Below, in pieces: positions 27,647-34,908 of a stretch of DNA of 64,000 bases. Each line of letters starts with the position of its first letter. The stretch's first letter is position 1. Origin of the DNA: a virus. The translations under genes and the position numbers were made by a program. Below the pieces are notes generated by a model. The model made no database searches, was not told the origin of the DNA, and worked only from the letters and a program-made list of their open reading frames with translations. The stretch covers positions 32,001 through 96,000 of IMG/VR virus record IMGVR_UViG_3300021185_003284. One strand, 5' to 3'.

Positions 27647-29881
27647 ATGAAAGGTACATTATTTTCAGCTGACTTTGTAAAAGACGGAAACGGCGATAGT
27701 AAACTAATCGAAATCAACACTGATACAGCTTGTATCGCAGGATTAGCTTCTAACATCGACTTTACTGATCTTTACTCAGTTTTAGCTACAAACACAATCA
27801 CAGACCTACAGGTAATCTATAAAGAATTTCAAGAGCCAATCTTAGATAGACTTAAAGCTCAGAAACCTGAGGGAGTAACAATCACCGAACATAAGGAAAT
27901 ACACTCTTCTATATATCCAACTTCTATAGCAGACGATGCTACTAAGTTTATATTGAGATTAGCTTATGACGAAAATGCATTATTAGATGCCATTTACGCT
28001 AAAAATGATGCAAACTTACATGGTTTGTTCGGAGCACAAGGACCAGCATCAGCATCACTTGTAGTATCTGCTAAACAGTCAGCAGATTCCTCTAACCTTA
28101 ATTACGTATTAAACGGACCAACAGAACCAGATTTTGCTGTTAAGCCTAAAGTTCCTACTAAATCAGGAATTGACTTTTATAAGCTAGGAGGTTCAACAGG
28201 ATCTATTGAAGACAGGATAAACGAATTTACTGCTTCTATTGATTCAGGCGTTAATGTAATTACAAACTACGTTAGTGATGCAACAGATACAGCTAAGTCA
28301 GTAAGATCATATCAAATCGTATATGGAGCTGATTTAGATATCACTTGGTTAGGTGCTTATACTCTTGATGCTTTATTTACTCATACTTTAAGTTTAGTAT
28401 ACGATGATAATAAAGTAGTTAATAAATTAGCTAACAAGCATTACTATGAATTTGCTACTAATGACATCTCAGATAACGAAGGTGTTTATTATGAGGCTAA
28501 AATTAAGAAAGAAGATGGTAACTACGATGTAGCGGAAGATGCAGTAATAGGTACATTATATGATTCTTATTATGTAAGTGGATCGCCGATGACTGATAAC
28601 AGTCTTATATTAGACTCATGGTCTTTTGCTGGAGATACTCTACCTTCTGGTTCATATAGTACATCATCATCTTTACAGTCAAACACTTCAGTCACAATGG
28701 GAGATAATTCATTAAGAAGAATTACTCTTGATGACGGACAAACAGTACTATTAGGAGGAGCTAACAGAGCATTAGTACATGATAATGTTAATAATGAAAC
28801 TTCTTACTTAAGAGCTAGAGATATTAAAGCTGGATTCAAATTATTTGATGAAAACGGAGCTAGTAAAGGAGTTACTGCACATGATATAATCATATTAGAT
28901 AACGACTCAGATTCTAAAATTATAGAATTAGGAGTAGAGGATGTAGATAACTATGTTGTAAGTGGGTCTAATACTATTATTCACAACGCACCTTGTTTCA
29001 TTGCCGGAACTAAAGTTAATATGGAAGACGGTTCAATGAAGAATATTGAAGACGTTAAAGAAGGAGATCAAGTATGTTGTTGGGACTTTGAAATAAATGG
29101 TTTCTCAAATGAGAAAGTATTAATAACTACTGAAACAGAAGATCAGAAAGTAGTACAGATAACATTTAAATGCTTCGGTAATGATCTAGATATATATGCA
29201 ACTCCAGACCATCCATTCTTTGTAGAAGGTGGTAAAGGTTGGGCATGTCAAGATCCAGAATTACTTAAAGAAAAGACTGGAATGGAAGCTGCTCTATTAG
29301 ATGCAGGAGATAGTATACTGACAGGTAAGGAAGGAGAAACTTCTATTGTTACAGGAATTACTTCTTGTGACTGGACAGCGACAGTATATAACTTAGATAA
29401 CGTATTCAAATATAATAACTACTTTATATATGGAATGTTAGTACACAACAGATTTATCTTTTCTTGTCATACTTATGATAGTAAAGTAGAAATGGCTGAT
29501 GGTACTCACAAAGCTATAGGAGAAGTAAAAGTTGGAGATAAAGTAAAATCTATCAAAGACGGAATCGTAACAGAAGGTACTGTTACTGATCATTTAATTC
29601 ACGTTACTAACGATGTAATGAGAACAATCAAAACTACTAATGGATATACAGAAATCAATCACCCAATCTTAGTTGACGGTGAGTGGGTAGCTGCTAAAGA
29701 ATTAGGAGAAGTAGAAAGTGTATTTGTTGATAACTTCTATAACTTAGAAATTGACGGAAACATTTCTGAAAGTGATCATAACTATATCGTTGACGGAATG
29801 GTATCATCAGGATTAGGAGACAGCAAAGAGCTTAATGCTAAATATCAGAGACAACCTAAACAATTAACTAAACACTTATAA
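27647..29881 (+). CDS. Circularly permuted ATP-grasp-like domain fused to three tandem Hint (intein-like) domains
   Basis: N-term SADF...G..KLIEINT and FAVKP; Hint1 G279-N447 (ends IIHN), Hint2 C450-N601 (CFIAGT, TPDHPF, LVHN), Hint3 from C607 (CHTYDS, NHPI, ends GMVSSG). Confidence 0.85.
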   Translation: MKGTLFSADFVKDGNGDSKLIEINTDTACIAGLASNIDFTDLYSVLATNTITDLQVIYKEFQEPILDRLKAQKPEGVTITEHKEIHSSIYPTSIADDATKFILRLAYDENALLDAIYAKNDANLHGLFGAQGPASASLVVSAKQSADSSNLNYVLNGPTEPDFAVKPKVPTKSGIDFYKLGGSTGSIEDRINEFTASIDSGVNVITNYVSDATDTAKSVRSYQIVYGADLDITWLGAYTLDALFTHTLSLVYDDNKVVNKLANKHYYEFATNDISDNEGVYYEAKIKKEDGNYDVAEDAVIGTLYDSYYVSGSPMTDNSLILDSWSFAGDTLPSGSYSTSSSLQSNTSVTMGDNSLRRITLDDGQTVLLGGANRALVHDNVNNETSYLRARDIKAGFKLFDENGASKGVTAHDIIILDNDSDSKIIELGVEDVDNYVVSGSNTIIHNAPCFIAGTKVNMEDGSMKNIEDVKEGDQVCCWDFEINGFSNEKVLITTETEDQKVVQITFKCFGNDLDIYATPDHPFFVEGGKGWACQDPELLKEKTGMEAALLDAGDSILTGKEGETSIVTGITSCDWTATVYNLDNVFKYNNYFIYGMLVHNRFIFSCHTYDSKVEMADGTHKAIGEVKVGDKVKSIKDGIVTEGTVTDHLIHVTNDVMRTIKTTNGYTEINHPILVDGEWVAAKELGEVESVFVDNFYNLEIDGNISESDHNYIVDGMVSSGLGDSKELNAKYQRQPKQLTKHL

Positions 29882-29883
29882 TC

Positions 29884-30021
29884 ATGCCAGAAATATATAA
29901 AACAATCTCACTAGCAGATTACGGAAACAGAAATGCAACGGCTTTGACTGCTGACGAACAAACAGATGTAAGAGCAACTGTTACTAAGTTCATCGAACTT
30001 TTCAAAGCAGAACATTTATAA
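29884..30021 (+). CDS. 45-aa small protein (not in ORF track)
   Basis: Hand translation MPEIYKTISLADYGNRNATALTADEQTDVRATVTKFIELFKAEHL*; starts 2 nt after the Hint gene stop and ends 9 nt before the next ATG. Confidence 0.75.
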   Translation: MPEIYKTISLADYGNRNATALTADEQTDVRATVTKFIELFKAEHL

Positions 30022-30030
30022 GATAGTTAA

Positions 30031-30573
30031 ATGATCTTAGAGCAAAAGGTTTTATTGACTCCTAAGGAGTGTCAAGATGTAATAGCATCATGTAAAGACA
30101 TTTGGTACCCATCATTATTGGGTAAGGAGGAATATAAACCTAAGCTTAGAAATAGTTTCGTACATATTAAGAAACCAAGAAAAGGAGAGGCCTTGTATGA
30201 ATACATACAAAGAGGCCTTTCCCTTGTTTCTGAAGAGCTCGTATCTGAAGAACCTTTACTTATTCAGATATTAAAATACAAAAAAGGAGGATTTATCTAC
30301 AAGCATAAAGATGACGTTACCTCTTCATTAAATGGTTTAGTTCAAGCACGTTACTACTTTATTATTCTTCTTAATGATGATTTTGAAGGAGGAGATTTTC
30401 TAGCATATGATAATAAAGATACTGTGTATAAATTAGATAGGAAACAAGGTAACATACTTATAGGAGATCCGACTATGTTTCATGAAGTTACTAAAGTTAC
30501 AAAAGGTACAAGATATAGCCTAATATGTTTTATTACACCAGACCTTCTTAAACCTAATAATACTATAATTTAA
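30031..30573 (+). CDS. 2OG-Fe(II) oxygenase (prolyl 4-hydroxylase-like)
   Basis: KY..G....HKD, LNDDFEGG, HEV..V..G.RYSL. Confidence 0.9.
   Translation: MILEQKVLLTPKECQDVIASCKDIWYPSLLGKEEYKPKLRNSFVHIKKPRKGEALYEYIQRGLSLVSEELVSEEPLLIQILKYKKGGFIYKHKDDVTSSLNGLVQARYYFIILLNDDFEGGDFLAYDNKDTVYKLDRKQGNILIGDPTMFHEVTKVTKGTRYSLICFITPDLLKPNNTII
30182..30229 (+). terminator. Strong intragenic hairpin followed by a T-rich tract (possible attenuator)
   Basis: GGAGAGGCC/GGCCTTTCC plus TTGTATG/CATACAA stems, AATA loop, then CTTGTTT. Confidence 0.45.
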
Positions 30574-31121
30574 TGAAACCTAATTTTAAACATTATGGTT
30601 CTATAAATGTAGCTCCTTTTCTTTCTGCTTTGGAAGCTATCAAACCTCAAGACTGGAGTAAATATACCTACCGTCAAGACTTATTTCCTATGCATAACAA
30701 AACTCAAACTATACCAGTACTATATGATACAGACTACGAAATAGGAGTAAGTAAAAAATCATCTTTTTACAAAATATTTGAAAGTTCAATAGAGCATGCA
30801 ACTAAAAAGATATCTGAGTTAACCAAATCTAACTGCTCTATAATAAGATTTATTATTACTAACCTTCCAGCTAATACAGTAGTCGATGAGCATAGAGATA
30901 AAGCAAATAGTTTTAAACTTTATAATAGAGTACATATACCTTTAATTACTAATGATAAAGTTCTTTTCACAGTAGGAGAAGAAACAATCAATATGCCTGT
31001 AGGAGAAATGTATGAAATAAACAACAATGATCAACTTCATGGAGTAGTAAATAGCAGTAACCAAGACAGGCTACATATTATTTTAGATTGGTATGATTAT
31101 ACTAAAAGAACAGCCATATGA
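30573..31121 (+). CDS. Aspartyl/asparaginyl beta-hydroxylase-like 2OG-Fe(II) oxygenase
   Basis: HRD, RVHIPLITN, GEMYEINN, H.V.N....RLHIILD. Confidence 0.85.
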   Translation: MKPNFKHYGSINVAPFLSALEAIKPQDWSKYTYRQDLFPMHNKTQTIPVLYDTDYEIGVSKKSSFYKIFESSIEHATKKISELTKSNCSIIRFIITNLPANTVVDEHRDKANSFKLYNRVHIPLITNDKVLFTVGEETINMPVGEMYEINNNDQLHGVVNSSNQDRLHIILDWYDYTKRTAI

Positions 31122-31609
31122 AAAATATACTAATAATAGCATTACCAAGATCAGGAGGAACTTCTATTATGCATCAGTTAGCTGAAAAGCATAATTTAAA
31201 AGCAAGATTTGAACCTGAATTAACTCAATGGCCAGTAGCACCTAAAGACGACGTTACCAAAGTTATTGTTGATAGATTCAGTATGGTAGATATTTTTTCT
31301 ATAGCTGAAAATTACGATAATATTATATTGCATAGCAGACATGATATAGAATCTACAGCAGAATCTTTAGCTACAATGCTTCATCACTGGGGAGATGAAA
31401 GTCATGCTGAGAAACCATGGCATGCTGATTTACTCAAAGAAGTACCGCAGTGGTATTTAGAGCAAACTAACCATAGAATAGTACATTGTCAATTACTAAT
31501 GCATGTATTAAGTGACGAACTTAAAGTACCTATTCAATATTATGAAGATCTATTTGACCTTAATTCAAAAGAAAGATTAAGAAAAGATTTAGATAGAACA
31601 CTGTTATGA
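31118..31609 (+). CDS. Sulfotransferase-like (P-loop) protein
   Basis: IALPRSGGTSI (PAPS 5'-phosphosulfate-binding loop), FEP, YYEDLF. Confidence 0.7.
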   Translation: MKNILIIALPRSGGTSIMHQLAEKHNLKARFEPELTQWPVAPKDDVTKVIVDRFSMVDIFSIAENYDNIILHSRHDIESTAESLATMLHHWGDESHAEKPWHADLLKEVPQWYLEQTNHRIVHCQLLMHVLSDELKVPIQYYEDLFDLNSKERLRKDLDRTLL

Positions 31610-32322
31610 TAAAAATTATATGGACATACGATAAAAATGTATTTCACGATGAGGGTACCATTAAAAATAATAAAGCTTACTATAAAAGATCTATTATAGA
31701 TGCTAAAATATTTGGACATCCAACAGAAATGTACTCTAATGATAGAGATTTTGAACACCTAGTAGATACTTTTCATTATGTAGATACACCAGTAATGTTC
31801 TGGGATGAATTTAAATCATTTCCTCTTCATGATAATAAAAGTGATTTTCTACTATCAGATGGTGATATAATTTGGCACCAAGGCTTCAAAGTAAATAAAA
31901 ATGTTGATGTTTTAATTGATAGTTATGAAGACTTTAATTGGAAATCACTTTACGAAATAGATGTTAATACATTATCTTATTTAGAAATTAATAAGGTTAT
32001 TCCGGAATGGGATGGTAAGAAGAGAGCAGCCTTTTGTACAGGTATACTAAGCTTCAATAATAAAGAATATCAAGCACTTTATTTAGATAGGTATATAAAA
32101 TTTAAAGCATTTGTAGAAAGGTATAGGAATATGCTAGACGTCAGTAAATGTACAGCAATAGGAGCACAGTACCTATTAGCTACTATAGCAGATGTTAAAG
32201 GATATTCTCATTACGCTTACTCTAACAAAGTGAGAGAGAATAATGGCATCTACACACACTACTCAGGCAAGAAGAAACATACCGATAGTTTTCTTCCTCT
32301 TACTAAAAAACATCTACTTTAG
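31606..32322 (+). CDS. Putative GT-A fold nucleotide-diphospho-sugar transferase
   Basis: LSDGDII (DXD), CTGIL, AQYLL, YTHYSG.KK. Confidence 0.55.
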   Translation: MIKIIWTYDKNVFHDEGTIKNNKAYYKRSIIDAKIFGHPTEMYSNDRDFEHLVDTFHYVDTPVMFWDEFKSFPLHDNKSDFLLSDGDIIWHQGFKVNKNVDVLIDSYEDFNWKSLYEIDVNTLSYLEINKVIPEWDGKKRAAFCTGILSFNNKEYQALYLDRYIKFKAFVERYRNMLDVSKCTAIGAQYLLATIADVKGYSHYAYSNKVRENNGIYTHYSGKKKHTDSFLPLTKKHLL

Positions 32323-32567
32323 CTTGTTTTTCTGCTATATTCTTCTTATATTGATAGTTCACTAATATAATATAAAACATATGGAAAGCTACTTTATTTT
32401 AAAATCAAAACTAAATTTTAAACTTCAACAAACTGTAGTCGATGGGGGTGGAATACGCCTAGGAGGGTATAACTATATCCAACTAAGCTCAAAACCTAGA
32501 GGTCGATCTATTAAACACAACTTAATTGGCTCAGACTCTGGAGATCGATTTGTAATTTACAATTAAA

Positions 32568-32825
32568 ATGAGAAAGTTTTTAAGGTCTTTAGTTAAAGAA
32601 AGAAAACTTAAACCGGTAGAAAGATTAGGAAATAGGTTGGGCTATATGGGGACTGGATTTATAATGATGTCTCCTTACCTACTTCCTTATGATAATATGG
32701 GTGCCTATACTTATTTAGCAGGAGCATTATTATCTCTTCCTCAGGTTTGGTTAGCTAAACAATGGAACTTAGTTATTGTTAATTTTAATTTACTTATAGG
32801 TTATGGTGCGTATCTTTTTTATTAG
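32568..32825 (+). CDS. Small membrane protein
   Basis: Three hydrophobic segments. Confidence 0.65.
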   Translation: MRKFLRSLVKERKLKPVERLGNRLGYMGTGFIMMSPYLLPYDNMGAYTYLAGALLSLPQVWLAKQWNLVIVNFNLLIGYGAYLFY

Positions 32826-33240
32826 CCTTTTATTATTTCTATCTAATCTAGAGAAGAAAGCTCATAAGGCTATCGCCAAAGAGTATGAAGTTGATCTAGT
32901 AATACTTGACGTATTAGAAGAAGGTTATTTAGATGGAACACTCTACTCTGTCTTAACTGATAAAGGCCCTAAGGGATATGCTTTCATAGGTAGTTCCAAG
33001 TCTAGATACGATGATTTTGAATATCTAGCTCTATTAGATAGTAATTTTGCAATAGTAAAAGTAAAGGTTTTGATCTATAGAGAAAACTATGGAGGTGAAA
33101 TAGGAAGCACAAGATGGTTGAGACAATTCATAGGTTTGAAAGAACCAATTGATAGAGTTTCAGCTATAAGTGGAGCAACAATCTCAGTGAACTCTATACA
33201 CTATTCAGTAAATAAGTTACTGAGAAATATAGGGAAATAG
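32803..33240 (+). CDS. FMN-binding domain protein (RnfG/NqrC-like)
   Basis: YRENYGGEI...WLRQF.G, AISGATIS flavinylation motif. Confidence 0.8.
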   Translation: MVRIFFISLLLFLSNLEKKAHKAIAKEYEVDLVILDVLEEGYLDGTLYSVLTDKGPKGYAFIGSSKSRYDDFEYLALLDSNFAIVKVKVLIYRENYGGEIGSTRWLRQFIGLKEPIDRVSAISGATISVNSIHYSVNKLLRNIGK

Positions 33241-33303
33241 TTGCCTCCCCGAAGGATTATTCTTATATTTAAGTATAATTAAAAAGGTAAAATAAAGGTT
33301 ATG
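33241..33303 (+). promoter_or_regulatory. Early promoter cassette (TTG-N20-TATATTTA) with conserved leader
   Basis: Representative of ~18 copies; leader TATAATTAAAAAGGTAAAATAAAGGTTATG is identical at three sites. Confidence 0.85.
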
Positions 33304-34110
33304 ACAAAAATTGAAATTATTGACGAGATTATTGCTAAAAAGCAAGAACTATTATCTAAAGCTAAGAAGAAAGCTCTTAAGGTTAGAGATGATAGAAGAG
33401 ATTCTTATTTCTCTGTTATTCAAAAATACTTCGGTGGTGAATTAAATACTGAATACTCTAGTGATGCTTATATTCTTAAGCCTAAATACGATGGAGATTC
33501 TAGTTTTGAGATCTTAAGACCTCATGAAGATTATTCTTATGATAAAGAGTTAGGTACTATTAGAATTGAAAGACCTTGGTCTTGGAGAGAAGAGAAAGGT
33601 GAAAAGGCTTCTATGAGAATTTCTACTTATAGTACTTCTGCTGGAGGTCCTTGGGAGTTAGAAAGATTTGCCGTTCTAGGTAAAGTTGCTTCTGTTATTC
33701 AAGACTTTCAAGATGATATTATTGCTGAGATGGATAGTAAAACTGATTCTTATAAGGATGAGTATGATACTAAGTACCAAGAAGTAAGAACTTTAGAAGC
33801 TGATATTCAGAAACTTAGAGATGAAAAGAATAACTCTTACTTAGATACTGCTGAGAAGCTTTTAGAATCTAAAAAAGGTTTAAAGTTTGACGGTCAGAAG
33901 AAAGGTTCTATGGATTTAAGATGGGATTGGACTTTGAGAGGTATATCATCTGCTAAAATAATTAGCAAGACTGCCTCTGGTAAGTCAGCTGATGTTGAAA
34001 TTGCTACCTACGGAGAAACTCCTAGAGTTTATGAAAAGGTAAGAATGACTAATGTAGAGAATCTACTTTGGCAATATAGAGATTATGTATTAACTGCTGA
34101 TAGTAAGTAA
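33301..34110 (+). CDS. Hypothetical early protein
   Basis: Behind repeated promoter cassette. Confidence 0.75.
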   Translation: MTKIEIIDEIIAKKQELLSKAKKKALKVRDDRRDSYFSVIQKYFGGELNTEYSSDAYILKPKYDGDSSFEILRPHEDYSYDKELGTIRIERPWSWREEKGEKASMRISTYSTSAGGPWELERFAVLGKVASVIQDFQDDIIAEMDSKTDSYKDEYDTKYQEVRTLEADIQKLRDEKNNSYLDTAEKLLESKKGLKFDGQKKGSMDLRWDWTLRGISSAKIISKTASGKSADVEIATYGETPRVYEKVRMTNVENLLWQYRDYVLTADSK

Positions 34111-34111
34111 T

Positions 34112-34513
34112 ATGGCTCTATGGAACTATAACGGTGAGATAGTCTACTCTGACGGTGCCCTATCCATTTCGAATCCTGAGAGTGGATGGGCTACTCGCCA
34201 CTATTATAAAGTACCCTTTACTAATGTAGGTAAAGGTGGGTTAGTAAATTTACCTACCGGTAGATTTCATACTCCTTCTTGGATAGAGGTTCACGAAAAA
34301 GCTACCTTAGATGATATCTTAGTAGATAAGAAACCTTTTGAAGAGCTATTCGTAGAAGAGAGAAACGATCAAAAGTGGTCATTTAAGTCTGCTTCAAGCG
34401 ATAAAGAATATACTGTTAGATATAATGCAGCTGGTAACTTAAGCTGTGATTGCTGGGGGTATATAGGTCATAAGAAGTGTAAGCATATAAAAGAAGTTAA
34501 AGATGGACTGTAG
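34112..34513 (+). CDS. SWIM zinc-finger protein
   Basis: Y.V....LSCDCWG...CKHI. Confidence 0.75.
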   Translation: MALWNYNGEIVYSDGALSISNPESGWATRHYYKVPFTNVGKGGLVNLPTGRFHTPSWIEVHEKATLDDILVDKKPFEELFVEERNDQKWSFKSASSDKEYTVRYNAAGNLSCDCWGYIGHKKCKHIKEVKDGL

Positions 34514-34739
34514 TAAATGTTGTAACGAGATTAATCCTTTGAGATTAAAAGCATTACCAGGAACTAAGACCTGTGTAAACTGCTCTAGTACTTCTAGATG
34601 GTACGTTAGAAATATTATATCTGGGAAGACTGAGTATGCTGAAACTGAAGTAATAAAAGATCCTAATGTAGCTAAAGAGATAGCTGCTATGGATGTAAGA
34701 ACTGGTTGGGGTTCCAACCTTCATAAAGTAAATAGATAA
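34503..34739 (+). CDS. TraR/DksA C4-type zinc-finger protein
   Basis: CSKC..EI...RLKALPGTKTCVNC. Confidence 0.8.
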   Translation: MDCSKCCNEINPLRLKALPGTKTCVNCSSTSRWYVRNIISGKTEYAETEVIKDPNVAKEIAAMDVRTGWGSNLHKVNR

Positions 34740-34743
34740 TAAT

Positions 34744-34908
34744 ATGATTGAAATAATAAAACATACATTAGGAATTTGTGGAGAGCATTGGCATCCAAAC
34801 GTCATAACCTTGTTGGCCGGCTCTCCCATCTTTCTTACTGCTGTACATTACATTAAATGTAAATGTGGTGGATGGTTTAAACATAAAGATAATTGTGAGA
34901 ATCAATAG
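34744..34908 (+). CDS. Small His/Cys-rich protein (54 aa, not in ORF track)
   Basis: Hand translation MIEIIKHTLGICGEHWHPN...CKCGGWFKHKDNCENQ*. Confidence 0.55.
   Translation: MIEIIKHTLGICGEHWHPNVITLLAGSPIFLTAVHYIKCKCGGWFKHKDNCENQ

Noticed and set aside
28994-29449. Hint2 as a conventional selfish intein
   Set aside because: No homing endonuclease, +1 residue is Arg, and it is not inserted in a conserved host enzyme motif
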